Part shown: positions 18,570 to 28,681 of the stretch, in pieces | Layout: each line of letters begins with the position of its first letter | Position numbering within the stretch: the first letter of the stretch is position 1 | Assembly: GCA_049700215.1 (NCBI GenBank) | Contig: JBNAVT010000003.1 | Location: forward strand, 31,047 to 95,046 | Source: Thermoproteota archaeon | Lineage (GTDB): Archaea > Thermoproteota > EX4484-205 > JAAOZP01 | Reading direction: 5' to 3' | DNA: 64,000 bases | Notes under the pieces: generated by a model | Database searches by the model: none | Seen by the model: only the letters and a program-made list of their open reading frames with translations | What the model was told of the DNA's origin: nothing | Position numbers and translations under genes: made by a program

Positions 18570-19317
18570 CTAGCGTATGTGTAAAACTGGCTTCGGCCTA
18601 TATGGCTCCTCCAGGTACTTGATCTCGTCATCCGTCAGCTAGCGCGCGCTACAGCGTTGGGGCTGTAGGGTATAAGCGCAATGTTATACGTCTTGCAAAA
18701 GGGTATCATCTCCCTCTCCTCCTCGCGGTAAAGCAGGTTATAGAGGTTCTGCATGCTTACGAACTTCTCGTAGCACTTCATCTCGCTGGTGAAGTAGGCG
18801 GTGGCGAACTGCCACGTCCACATGCTGGACGCGCCCATGCACCTCACCTTTCCCTGATGCACTAAACAGGTTAATGTGGATAAAGTCTCATCTATCCCGG
18901 TGGAGTAGTCCCACCTGTGTATCTGGTAGAGGTCTACGTAACCGGTCTTGAGCCTGCTGAGCGACCCCTCTATCTGCCTCAAAATATGCTTCCTTGAAAG
19001 CCCTGAGTCGTTTGGCTTGTCCCCCATGGGGAAGAACACTTTTGTGGCCACCACCGCGTCCTCCCTTCTTCCCTGCAGAAACCCCCAAGTATCTCCTCAG
19101 ACTTTCCCCTCGAGTACACGTTGGCAGTGTCGTAGAAGTTTATGCCGAGGTCCCACGCCCTGTTCAAAAACTTGAAAGCCTCCTCTTTGCCGGAAACCCA
19201 GCCCCCTCCCCCGAAGGGTTGCAAAGCCGGGTCGCCGAAAGACATGGCTCCCAGGCAGATCTTTGAAACCTTAAGCCCAGACCAGCCTAAGCGAACATAC
19301 TCCATTTGTCGAATCAT
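18570..19317 (-). pseudogene. Aldo/keto reductase (YajO-like) with a frameshift and a large internal deletion
   Basis: GLKVSKICLG, DTANVYS, ATKV, DLYQIH, QNLYNL, IPYSP; 1-nt frameshift at about 19080; jumps across TAGCGCGCGCTA to the C-terminus LTDDEIKYLEEPYRPKPV. Confidence 0.88.
18640..18651. repeat. Perfect palindrome TAGCGCGCGCTA at the AKR deletion junction
   Basis: Read directly; flanking copies at 18513-18522 and 19349-19358. Confidence 0.9.
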
Positions 19318-19386
19318 GCTTTTACAAGATATATAAGCATTTGCCGAGGCACGCGTGCACGTTAAGAATTTTAAAAATAGTTTAGG

Positions 19387-20142
19387 CTATTTTTCTCTAA
19401 TGCCCTCCATAAACCTGCAGGCTTCCTCATAGGTCTGGGGTGTGCCTATGTCGAACCAGTATCCCCGGAAAACATATCCGTACACAGGTTCGTTCCTGCA
19501 TAGCCAGGACACGAAGTGCCCTGGGCTATCCCTGTGCCCGCCCTCTTCAACGTATCTCTTGATTTTTACGAGCGACCTCCATGGAAACATGTAGATAGCG
19601 GTGGCTATCATGGTTGAAGCCGGGTTTACAGGCTTCTCGACGAAATCCACTATTCTACCGTCTTCAGCAAGCTTGACGCAGGAATACATTTTAACAAGCT
19701 CAATGCTCCCAACATCGTAAAGCGCCACAACCGGTGCATTCTTACTCCGGTAGAACTCGAGGAACTCCGTTAAATCAAGCGAGAAAAGGTTGTCGCCCGC
19801 TATAATCAGGTATTCGTCCTCTTCAATAGTGTCAACAAGCATCGCCAGCGACAATATGGTTCCAGGCTTCTCCTCCTCCCGTGTGCTCCCCTCGACCTGG
19901 AGCCTCGTGTTAACATACCCTCTTGACCCCAGCCATTCTCTAAAATCCTTTTCAAACCTCCTGTTTACGGTGACGATCACTTCGCTGGGGTTTAACACCA
20001 TTACTTTCTGCATGGTGTAGTCTATTATCGGCCTGCCGGAAACCTTAACCAGCGGCTTCGCCATGTGGACCCCGAGGTGTTGAAGACGCTTTGCAAACCC
20101 TCCCGCGGGGACTATTACCCTCAATGCTTCCGAATCTCTCAA
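19387..20142 (-). CDS. Sugar-1-phosphate nucleotidyltransferase family protein
   Basis: PAGGFAKRL, KPLVKV, AGDNL, FVEKP, WFDIGT. Confidence 0.9.
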   Translation of the reverse strand: MRDSEALRVIVPAGGFAKRLQHLGVHMAKPLVKVSGRPIIDYTMQKVMVLNPSEVIVTVNRRFEKDFREWLGSRGYVNTRLQVEGSTREEEKPGTILSLAMLVDTIEEDEYLIIAGDNLFSLDLTEFLEFYRSKNAPVVALYDVGSIELVKMYSCVKLAEDGRIVDFVEKPVNPASTMIATAIYMFPWRSLVKIKRYVEEGGHRDSPGHFVSWLCRNEPVYGYVFRGYWFDIGTPQTYEEACRFMEGIREK

Positions 20143-20249
20143 AGGATGATTGAAATAAACTTTTTATCTTTGGCTAGAATCCTGATCATCCGGTAAAACT
20201 TTTTATATCTTGAGGGTTTACTCCGTGAACCGGATGTGAAAAAACAGGC

Positions 20250-21677
20250 ATGAGCGGGGAGAAAAGTCTTGCTTTCACGATAGATGCTCAAATAACCCCT
20301 TCAGACTACGCCAGCCTGGCTGATTTCATATACCAGAACTATGTTGCTCCGAATTTGAAGCATTTTACGAATGTTGTTAGAAACGTTTCTGAGACAGGAT
20401 GTTTCCTCTACTTTAGTGCTGTCGATCCAGATAGGGAATGGTATATCGATGTTCAGATAAGTATTGGAAAACCAATTAATGTCAGAATGGTTTTAAGCGG
20501 TAGCGAGGTTCCCGCGTCAGCTGTACACTTGTTGAAAAGCAACCTGGTGGCTGCAGTCCGGTTTTTCGAAGAACAGCGTAGGAAAACAACTGTCTACTTC
20601 ACCTGGGTCGAGGGCGAGGAAATAATACCTGAAAGGGTTCTTGAGGCGCGTAAGAATTTCGTCTACCGGATGTTTTCGGAAAGCATGCTTCTCCTCTTCA
20701 TACTATTCACCTCGCTCAGCATTATTCTCTTCTTAGCCCTAGGAGCGTACGCTCCAATAGTTCTTGTAATGCTACAGTTCATGCTGATCCTTTTCTCAGA
20801 CAGAATTATCGGGAGAATGGGGGATTGGCGGATCACTGAGAAAAACCCCCTGGTACATGTTTTCCAGTATAGTATTCCGGTTTCAGAATACAAGTCTTTT
20901 CTAAACAAGCATGGAGCAGAAACATTCTCAAAGATTAAGAAGGAGATTTACAGCAGGACCCTCGCGCTCAGGAAGCCGATAGACTATGAAACTTGCGCGG
21001 AAGTCCTATCCCAATACGGGTTGGAGTGTAACTCGGAAAGAGCTTCTGCGAAGATTGTGAACCTGTATGAGATTGTAAAGAAGGCGGCGGAGAGGTTTGA
21101 GCTTTCAGTGCCTAAGATAGTTGTCTCCAACACCACTCTGCCTAATGCTGCAGCCTCCGGACCCTGGCCGAGCCGTGGAGTAATCCTGGTTACCACAGGG
21201 TTGCTTGTCCAGCTTGACGATAATGAGATACTGAGCGTTATTGGGCATGAGTTCAGCCATCTTAAAGGGAGAGACCCGTTGATCCTCTTTCTCCTTACCT
21301 CCATGGAGTATCTTCTCAGGTTTTACGTTTTCTGGCCACTGTTATACTTCCTAGGATACTTCTATCTTATGCTTGCTCTCGGAGCCGTATACTTCATAGC
21401 CAAGTTCTTCGAGTCCAAGGCTGACTTAGAGTCCGCCATTAGAATAGGCGAGCCCCAGAACCTTGCAAACGCTTTGAGGAAAATAGGTTTCCGCCGGCTT
21501 CAGCTGGAAATGCGGCAAGGATACGCTATTCAAGAATGGTTGGGATGGGACCCGCACCCTCCCCTCTATTTCAGAATATCCAGGCTGGAAAGCCTTAAAG
21601 AGCCGAGTGAGATAAGGCACCCCTTTATAAGATCCATAAAAGACAATATACTTGGTTTTTTGGAAATAATTAGATAA
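20250..21677 (+). CDS. M48 (HtpX-like) membrane zinc metalloprotease with a long N-terminal extension
   Basis: PNAAASG, GHEFSH, ESKAD, HPPLYFRI; transmembrane segments. Confidence 0.9.
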   Translation: MSGEKSLAFTIDAQITPSDYASLADFIYQNYVAPNLKHFTNVVRNVSETGCFLYFSAVDPDREWYIDVQISIGKPINVRMVLSGSEVPASAVHLLKSNLVAAVRFFEEQRRKTTVYFTWVEGEEIIPERVLEARKNFVYRMFSESMLLLFILFTSLSIILFLALGAYAPIVLVMLQFMLILFSDRIIGRMGDWRITEKNPLVHVFQYSIPVSEYKSFLNKHGAETFSKIKKEIYSRTLALRKPIDYETCAEVLSQYGLECNSERASAKIVNLYEIVKKAAERFELSVPKIVVSNTTLPNAAASGPWPSRGVILVTTGLLVQLDDNEILSVIGHEFSHLKGRDPLILFLLTSMEYLLRFYVFWPLLYFLGYFYLMLALGAVYFIAKFFESKADLESAIRIGEPQNLANALRKIGFRRLQLEMRQGYAIQEWLGWDPHPPLYFRISRLESLKEPSEIRHPFIRSIKDNILGFLEIIR

Positions 21678-21735
21678 AAACCCTAGAAGATTAGTTTTTA
21701 AGATTATTAAAGCCAACCCTCTATTCTTATTCAGA

Positions 21736-22260
21736 TTGAAGTTCAGGAGAATACTCTTAGCAATACTCGTCTCAGTTCTTGCCATCATTCTCTATACCTC
21801 TACGAGGCATGCAAACACCCCCCAGGCAAACTATGCTAGCGGGAAAATTTTAAGCGTTCCCTTCGTCAAGCAGGGACCCGGCCTTTGCTCCGAGGCCTCC
21901 GCCAGCATGGTTCTCCTATATTACGGTTTAAACTTCTCGCAAGAGGAGATAAACGCGATGGGGTTCGATAGGTTTGAAAACATGCTTCCCTTCTTAGACA
22001 AGCATATTTACTGCTCGTATAAATCGCTTTCAATAGGAGAATTGAGAGAAGAAATCTGTAAAGGCAATCCCGTAATCATCAGGTTAAGAATCGGGTTCAG
22101 CCTCCATACGGTAGTGGCTGTTGGATATGAAGATAATTGGCTAATTATGCACGACCCTGCATCAGGACCCTTCGTACTGGTAAGGGTAGATGAATTGTTT
22201 ATTTCTTCGTGGGCGGCGACTAACTATGCTTCAATAGTTTCACGTGGCCGCAAGCCTTGA
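21736..22260 (+). CDS. Secreted C39-like cysteine peptidase
   Basis: Signal/anchor helix; VPFVKQ...CSEASASMVL, HTVVAVGY, HDP. Confidence 0.8.
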   Translation: MKFRRILLAILVSVLAIILYTSTRHANTPQANYASGKILSVPFVKQGPGLCSEASASMVLLYYGLNFSQEEINAMGFDRFENMLPFLDKHIYCSYKSLSIGELREEICKGNPVIIRLRIGFSLHTVVAVGYEDNWLIMHDPASGPFVLVRVDELFISSWAATNYASIVSRGRKP

Positions 22261-22338
22261 AACATTTTCTTTCCTCGCGAGAAAGAGTTTCTCCAGCTAG
22301 CAGAAATTCATAAATCTAAGCGTCCAGGGAGAAGACTG

Positions 22339-23235
22339 ATGAAACCGGATCTATTATGCATCCCATGCACTGTAAACGCTACCTTAGACATAGCTCTTAA
22401 GGCGACGAGCGACCCAGATATAATCAGGGAAATACTTTTAGAATCCTTAAGATGGATCCCGAGGGCTTTCGAAGAGGATGCTTCGCCCAACGTCCTCCAC
22501 TCGCAAGCATTCAGGATTACTCGAAAAATAACCGGAGTGAGGGACCCTTTTAAGCATGTTAAGACTGCCTCGAATGAAACAGCCTTAAAGTTTTACCAAG
22601 GCCTGTGTGAAACGCTTGAATCAATCCGAGATAATGTTGAAGCGCTGAGGTTTTGCCTTAAAACATCCATAATTGGAAACATGATGGATTTTGAAGTCCA
22701 CGGGCATCGCTTCAATCTTGAAAGCATGGAGACGCGGTTTAAAGACTATTTGAAGGAGGATCTGGCGATCGACGATGTGGATAAGCTGTGCGAAGCAATC
22801 AGCGGTGGGAATAAGATTCTTTACCTAGCGGATAATGCGGGGGAAATAGTCTTTGATAAGCTTGTCGCAAAATGTCTGAAAGAAAGATGGGGGTGCAGTG
22901 TCACGATGGTTGTTAAGGATGGGCCTGTTTTGAACGACGCTACCCTGGAAGACGCTGAGTACGTTAGGCTTGGCGAGACGTGTGATAAAATTCTTACTAC
23001 TGGAGATGACACTATAGGAGTCGTTTTAAATAGGGTTTCTGGAGAGTTTAAGCAGGCCTTGAACGACTCAGACATAGTAGTAGCAAAAGGCCAGGGAAAC
23101 TTCGAATCACTCACCGGGCTTGAAAAAAATATTTGCAAGCCTGTTTGCTATGTTCTGAGGGTTAAGTGCGAGGTCGTCGGTAGAAACCTCAGTGTCCCAA
23201 AGGATTCTAACGTGGTTAAGCTTGTGCGTTTATAG
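22339..23235 (+). CDS. ARMT1-like/DUF89 damage-control phosphatase
   Basis: CIPC, DPF, GNMMD, DNAGEIVFD, LNDAT, AKGQGNFESL, VKC. Confidence 0.92.
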   Translation: MKPDLLCIPCTVNATLDIALKATSDPDIIREILLESLRWIPRAFEEDASPNVLHSQAFRITRKITGVRDPFKHVKTASNETALKFYQGLCETLESIRDNVEALRFCLKTSIIGNMMDFEVHGHRFNLESMETRFKDYLKEDLAIDDVDKLCEAISGGNKILYLADNAGEIVFDKLVAKCLKERWGCSVTMVVKDGPVLNDATLEDAEYVRLGETCDKILTTGDDTIGVVLNRVSGEFKQALNDSDIVVAKGQGNFESLTGLEKNICKPVCYVLRVKCEVVGRNLSVPKDSNVVKLVRL

Positions 23236-23294
23236 AATGTTCGTTGAACAAGCTTCCAAAAACTTTATTAGGTTTTATTGTTTGAATACTACCT

Positions 23295-24155
23295 ATGAAG
23301 AAGGGGATAAATCTTTGGAGTGTTGAATGGCCAAGCATTCTGAGGGAGCTTGACAATAAGAAGCTTGCTAGGAAGCTTAGGGAGGTCGGCTACGACGGGG
23401 TTGAGCTCGTCTTCGACGACAGCAGTTTCGACCCGATTAGGAAGACGGGGGAGGAGATACGGAGGACGGCTGAGGATTTCAAGTCGGAAGGCCTCGAGAT
23501 ACCTAGCGTTGCCACGGGCGTCTTCTGGAAGTATAATCTCGGCTCAAGCGATGAAAAAACTAGGGGTAAAGGCGTCGAGTATGGTAAGGCTGGTGTTAAA
23601 ATGGCTAGCATTGTTGGAGCATCATCCATCCTCGTTGTCCCAGGCGTTGCCTCCCCGGAGATACCTTACGAGGAGCTTTACGTCAACTCTCTAAAATCCG
23701 TGAAAGAACTTGCAGAGTTCGCGGAGACCCATAACGTGACGATAGCTGTCGAAAACGTCTGGAACAAGTTCCTCTACTCCCCGATGGAGTTTAAGAAATT
23801 TATAATTGACGTTGGAATGGAGAATGTAAAAGTATATCTTGACGTTGCCAACCTGCTTGCAATATCCCACCCTGAAAACTGGATCCACAGCCTTGGAAGC
23901 ATGGTGTCGAACGTGCATGCTAAGGATTTCGACACCAGCGTGGGAAACATAAACGGGTTTAGGAATGTGCTCAAAGGAAATGTGGACTGGAGGAAAATTA
24001 TCAAGCTGCTTAAAGCAGCAGGATACGACGGGTATCTGACTGTAGAGTGCCCGCCAAGTTTCAACCCCTTGTTTAAGACCCCTACCGTTAAGGATATTCT
24101 GGAGAACGCTGAGGAAAACTGCAGGGCGCTTGAGAAAGTCATGAAAGGGTTTTGA
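23295..24155 (+). CDS. Sugar phosphate isomerase/epimerase (xylose-isomerase-like TIM barrel)
   Basis: GYDGVEL, ENVWNKFLYSP, DVAN, HAKDF, GYDGYLTVE. Confidence 0.9.
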   Translation: MKKGINLWSVEWPSILRELDNKKLARKLREVGYDGVELVFDDSSFDPIRKTGEEIRRTAEDFKSEGLEIPSVATGVFWKYNLGSSDEKTRGKGVEYGKAGVKMASIVGASSILVVPGVASPEIPYEELYVNSLKSVKELAEFAETHNVTIAVENVWNKFLYSPMEFKKFIIDVGMENVKVYLDVANLLAISHPENWIHSLGSMVSNVHAKDFDTSVGNINGFRNVLKGNVDWRKIIKLLKAAGYDGYLTVECPPSFNPLFKTPTVKDILENAEENCRALEKVMKGF

Positions 24156-24158
24156 GGC

Positions 24159-24653
24159 TTGCGCAGAATACAGATAAGGAGGAAGGAGGTAGCCCGACTT
24201 ATCGAAGACGCTAAAAACCAGAAAATCTCGTTTAAACTAGACAGATTGGAGTCTGCGGAGGTTGTTGAGCTGGAGGACGCTAAAATACTTCTTTTAAACA
24301 GAACCCCCGCGTTAATCGTTTTCCCGGATGGAAGGGTCATCCCGCATCTTCAAGGCCTTGGAAGAATAACAGTCTGTCCAATAGTGGTTGTGGACAAAGG
24401 TGCTGTAGAGTACGTGGTTAAGGGTGCTGACGTGATGATCCCGGGAGTGGTTAAACACAGTAGTTTCAGCAAGGGGGAGCCGGTTGCAGTTGTTTCAGAG
24501 GAGTATGTTGCGATAGCAGTGGGAGTGGCTCTTCAAGGCTCTGAGACGATTACCAAGGGGACGAGGGGAAAGATTGTTAAAAACCTGCATAAGCCTAACG
24601 ACAAGTTTTTCACAGTGCTCTCAGGCCCAGCCGAAAGTGTTGAAGACGCGTAG
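24159..24653 (+). CDS. PUA-domain RNA-binding protein (MCT-1/Tma20-like)
   Basis: VVVDKGAVEYVVKGADVMIPGV, GKIVKNLHKPND. Confidence 0.88.
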   Translation: MRRIQIRRKEVARLIEDAKNQKISFKLDRLESAEVVELEDAKILLLNRTPALIVFPDGRVIPHLQGLGRITVCPIVVVDKGAVEYVVKGADVMIPGVVKHSSFSKGEPVAVVSEEYVAIAVGVALQGSETITKGTRGKIVKNLHKPNDKFFTVLSGPAESVEDA

Positions 24654-24708
24654 CTTCCGCCGGAATCGTTTTTAAGCAATGCGTCCCGCTGGTATTCCAA
24701 AGGATCCC

Positions 24709-25095
24709 CTAACCTTTTTCAACGAGTATTTCCTCCCCATCTTTAACCTTTTTGAAGCCTTCTAGATCACCCTCTATCTTGGCGAAAACGTTAACAGGAC
24801 TGTAGGCGACAATCTTCCCCTTTCTAGACACGGGAGTCGGGCCGAAGAATATGCAGAGGGCTCTTCCAGGAGGCCAGTAGGCGACATCCCCCTTCTCAAC
24901 CTCTCTACGCGAATTCTCCTCCGGTAGGTTAACGGGGATTTCGAAATATATTTCCTCACCCCAAGTGTTTGCAGAACCTTTGAACGGAAGAGCTTTAAGA
25001 ATGCCCTCGACAGTCCTAGGGTTTAACTCAGGCAGAAGCACGGCTCTCTTTACACCTATTGACCTGCTTTTTATTAGGATTATTCCCGTCGACAC
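24709..25095 (-). CDS. Cyclophilin-like fold protein (DUF369)
   Basis: ALPF, WGEEIYF, GDVAYWPPGRALCIFFGPTP, SPVNV. Confidence 0.9.
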   Translation of the reverse strand: MSTGIILIKSRSIGVKRAVLLPELNPRTVEGILKALPFKGSANTWGEEIYFEIPVNLPEENSRREVEKGDVAYWPPGRALCIFFGPTPVSRKGKIVAYSPVNVFAKIEGDLEGFKKVKDGEEILVEKG

Positions 25096-25130
25096 AGTAT
25101 TGTGAACATTAAGGCTGTTTAAAAACTTAG

Positions 25131-27140
25131 CTAGACAGGGAACAGTGCGTGCTCGAGAAGTATTATTTCAAAAGTTAGGGCGGTCATTATGATGCTCTTC
25201 ATCAGAATCGTTAGAGAGGGGCCGACCACATCCTTAAGCGGGTCTCCGAAAGTATCGCCCGTTACGACGGCTGACCGCAGGGCCTCATCATTGTTCCCCG
25301 ATAATTCGAAAAGCTTCTTAGTATTGTCGAAAGCACCTCCTATCAGGATATACTTAATCCCTAGGATGGCGCTTGAACCAAGCAGGCCTATCAGCATGCC
25401 GGCTAAAGCATTAACTCCGAAAAGCAGCCCGAAGCCGATGAAAACAGCCTCAGCGATTAAAACAGGCAGGATCATCTGCTTCAAAGCGTTCAGTGTAGCT
25501 ATTTTAACACACTTGTCGTAAGCAGGCGTATCCGATCCCGCGAGTATTCTGGGGTTCTCTCTAAACTGCTTCCTCACCTCATCAACCATTACTAGAGTCG
25601 TAGAGTTAACCGCGCTCATTATGTATGAGGAGAACAGGAACGGTATGGCGATGCCTATTAGAAGACCGGCTGTGTGGAACGGGTTTGTAAGGTCAACCGG
25701 TCTTTTGCCAACAACGTAATAATAGGTCATTAAGGCTATGAAAGCTGTGAAAGTGCCGCTTGCGAGAGCAAACGCTTTCGTATATGCTTTAGTAGTGTTT
25801 CCGATGGCGTCGAGAGCGTCGAACGCTCCATTATTGCCCCCGCCACACATCTCGTTTATTCCGCCAGCGTTATCGACTATCGGCCCGAATGCGTCCCAAG
25901 CCATCACTGTCCCTATGAGTATGTCTGTACCCAGGTTTGCTGCAACCAAGCCGTAGACATTACCGGTGGCAAGATAGGAGAATACCGCGGATGTTGAGAC
26001 TAGGAAAACGGGTATTACTGCCCCCTTTAAACCGTAGGCGAAGCCGCTTATCATGTTTATAGCAGCACCCCTCTTAGCCGACTCATACATGTTTCTAACC
26101 GGGGAGGAGTTTACGCCAGTATAGTAGTTTGACACGATAGCCATGAGCAGGGTCACGATCAAACCGCTAAATCCAGCGTAGAAAAGCGTAACATCCCTCA
26201 TGAAAATTGTTGAGACAAAATATAGGCCGACTGCCGAGGAAACAGTTGAGACGGCAAGGCTTGTCAGAAAACTCTTCGTAGGATTACTGATTTTAAGCGC
26301 AACCATGATGCTTATTATAGTGGAGAGCAGCCCTACCGAGAGAAAGAGCGGTGAGAACAATAAGACCATCTGACCATACTTATCCATGAAACCCAGTCCT
26401 ATTATCATGCTTGTAACTATGTCCCCGCTTAGAGTTTCAAAAAGGTCGGCGCCCCTTCCAGCGCAGTCGCCAACATTATCCCCAACCAGGTCGGCGATCA
26501 CCGCTGGGTTCCTAGGATCATCCTCAGTAAGCCCATACTCAAGCTTCCCAACTAGATCAGCACCTATGTCTGCGCTCTTCGTAAATATTCCCCCGCCCAT
26601 CTGGATGAAGATTGCAGTCAGGCTAGCGCCCATGGCGTATCCCGTTAGAAACTCCATGCTCAACCCAGACGAGTCTTCGCCCAGGAGGGAAACCAGTATT
26701 AATACTCCAAGCAGGCTCAGGCTTGCAACTGAAAGACCAGTTACTGAGCCGCCGCTTAAAGCTGTTTTCAAACCTTTAGAAACATCCCCGTTTACCGATT
26801 CCATGGTTCTGGCGTTCGCTTTCACAGCCACCTTCATCCCTACGAAACCCGAGGCTAGGGAAAACGCTGCTCCAAGCATGAATGCGAAAGCCGTTTTAAC
26901 CCCTAGGAGGGTTAAGAGAAGCAGAGCGACTGCAGCATCGAAAACCATTATGACGGAGTATTCCGTTCGGAGGAATGCTGAGGCGCCTGACTCTATGTAG
27001 CCAGCTATCCTAGCTGCCTGAGGGTTTCTCAACCGGTGTTTAAGAACGTTTAGAGCTAAGACTATGATTGCCAGTAGGCTCGCTAACACGGAGCCCGAAA
27101 CGATTATCTCTGGAGCAGACGGAAGCCCTGTTGTAGCCAA
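25131..27140 (-). CDS. hppA: Membrane-integral pyrophosphatase (H+-PPase, K+-independent type)
   Basis: GGGIFTKSADIGADLVGKLE, EDDPRNP, DNVGD, DAFGPIVDNAGG, GNTTKA, GDTFGDPLKD. Confidence 0.95.
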   Translation of the reverse strand: MATTGLPSAPEIIVSGSVLASLLAIIVLALNVLKHRLRNPQAARIAGYIESGASAFLRTEYSVIMVFDAAVALLLLTLLGVKTAFAFMLGAAFSLASGFVGMKVAVKANARTMESVNGDVSKGLKTALSGGSVTGLSVASLSLLGVLILVSLLGEDSSGLSMEFLTGYAMGASLTAIFIQMGGGIFTKSADIGADLVGKLEYGLTEDDPRNPAVIADLVGDNVGDCAGRGADLFETLSGDIVTSMIIGLGFMDKYGQMVLLFSPLFLSVGLLSTIISIMVALKISNPTKSFLTSLAVSTVSSAVGLYFVSTIFMRDVTLFYAGFSGLIVTLLMAIVSNYYTGVNSSPVRNMYESAKRGAAINMISGFAYGLKGAVIPVFLVSTSAVFSYLATGNVYGLVAANLGTDILIGTVMAWDAFGPIVDNAGGINEMCGGGNNGAFDALDAIGNTTKAYTKAFALASGTFTAFIALMTYYYVVGKRPVDLTNPFHTAGLLIGIAIPFLFSSYIMSAVNSTTLVMVDEVRKQFRENPRILAGSDTPAYDKCVKIATLNALKQMILPVLIAEAVFIGFGLLFGVNALAGMLIGLLGSSAILGIKYILIGGAFDNTKKLFELSGNNDEALRSAVVTGDTFGDPLKDVVGPSLTILMKSIIMTALTFEIILLEHALFPV

Positions 27141-27270
27141 TTTGAGCCACCATTAGTCCACCGTGTTAAGCCTGCGCCTGTATCAACTATTTTTAAACAT
27201 TACGTATAGAGCTAAACACCCCTGAGATTCTAATGAAAGCTTAATAACGCGGTTTTAAGCCTTATTCGAC

Positions 27271-27780
27271 ATGCGGAGAATCCTGCTGGTTTCTCATTGT
27301 ATACTCAACCCATACAGTAAGGCGGTGGGACTACTGCGGGAGGAAAAAGTGGAGGCATCTAGGAGAATCGTCAACGCTCTTCTAGAGGATTTTGAAACTG
27401 GAGTAGTACAGCTCCCCTGCCCTGAACTACTGTATAAGGGTTTAGACAGGGAGCCCGCGTCCAGAGAATCCTACGATAATCCAGAGTTCAGACGTATCTG
27501 CCGGGATATTGCTGACCAAGCCGTGGAAATTGCAGCGAAATACGAGCGTGCAGGCGTCAGGATCATGGCATACCTGGGTGTAGAGGGAAGCCCGTCCTGC
27601 GGCGTTGAATGGACCCATTTCAGAATTGACAGGCCTGAGAGAGGGAGGGGAGTTTTCACTGAAGCTCTTTGCGAGGCGATGAACAAGGCTGGAATAAAGA
27701 TTAGCCTTCTAGGCCTGCCTGAAAAAGAGAAGTATGGAAGCCTTGAGGAGCTTTTGAGAAAGCTTGAAGCATTAAGGTAG
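27271..27780 (+). CDS. DUF523/TudS-related Fe-S protein
   Basis: SHCILN, QLPCPE, GSPSCG, GVF. Confidence 0.85.
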   Translation: MRRILLVSHCILNPYSKAVGLLREEKVEASRRIVNALLEDFETGVVQLPCPELLYKGLDREPASRESYDNPEFRRICRDIADQAVEIAAKYERAGVRIMAYLGVEGSPSCGVEWTHFRIDRPERGRGVFTEALCEAMNKAGIKISLLGLPEKEKYGSLEELLRKLEALR

Positions 27781-27835
27781 AACAGTCTCAGCGAGGGCAA
27801 ATCCTTTTTAAACACCCCGTCGTGGTGCTGTAGGC

Positions 27836-28681
27836 ATGGACTACGGGTTCGACACGTGGATCTACTCTATACTTGATGCGGAGAAGGCTCTTGGAAGGCT
27901 CAGGGGAAAAGGCGTTGGGTTTGTTGAACTATCTTACGAGCACTTATCCAAGATTTTTAAAGACGAGACTGTTGACTTGAAAGCTTTAAAGAGCATTAAG
28001 GAGGCTGCGGACAGTCTTGGCGTCAGGATTATTCAAGTCCACGGGCCTTTCGGAGAAATTGATCTAGAGCTTGCTTCGGAAGACTCCTCCCAGAGGGAGA
28101 AGGCGCTTAGAAAAATCTTCAACTGGATCAAGCATGTCGGCGAGCTTGAATGGGGTGTGCTGGTGCTGCACACAGTGAGGATAAGGGTTTCGGAGGAACA
28201 TGATTTCCATAGGCTTGTTGAGAAGACTAGGCTTGCCAACGCACGGTTCTTTAAAGAGGCTTCTAAACACGCCTCGGAGTATGGTGTTAAGATAGCTGTG
28301 GAGAACAGGCTTGAATCCTGCTACGGCTCTCTGCCCAGAGACCTTTTAGAATTGGTTGAGGAGGTTGGCAGTGAAAGCCTCGGAGTATGCTTTGACACAG
28401 GGCATGCTAACGTGAACAAGCTGAGCACGCCCATGATGGTTGAAATGCTTAGGAAGCACCTAATAGCCACTCATATCCATGATAACGATGGGCATCATGA
28501 TCAGCATCTTCCCCCTTTAATGGGCGGCATAGACTGGGACGGGTTGATGAATGCTTTCTCACGGTCAGGCTACGGGAAGCCTCTGATCCTGGAGATCCAT
28601 GAGTATGGCAGGCTGGATCTGGATGACAATGTGGTTAGAGCAACCAGAGTCCTAATGAATAGCCTACTTGGAAGAAGCTAA
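27836..28681 (+). CDS. Sugar phosphate isomerase/epimerase (TIM barrel)
   Basis: HGPF, AVEN, CFDTGHAN, HIHDNDG, HLPPLMGGIDW. Confidence 0.9.
   Translation: MDYGFDTWIYSILDAEKALGRLRGKGVGFVELSYEHLSKIFKDETVDLKALKSIKEAADSLGVRIIQVHGPFGEIDLELASEDSSQREKALRKIFNWIKHVGELEWGVLVLHTVRIRVSEEHDFHRLVEKTRLANARFFKEASKHASEYGVKIAVENRLESCYGSLPRDLLELVEEVGSESLGVCFDTGHANVNKLSTPMMVEMLRKHLIATHIHDNDGHHDQHLPPLMGGIDWDGLMNAFSRSGYGKPLILEIHEYGRLDLDDNVVRATRVLMNSLLGRS

Noticed and set aside
19070-19090. Programmed frameshift in the AKR gene
   Set aside because: The gene also has a large internal deletion, so decay is the simpler explanation.
26386-27000. 204-aa plus-strand ORF and similar short antisense ORFs across the window
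   Set aside because: They overlap well-supported genes on the opposite strand.
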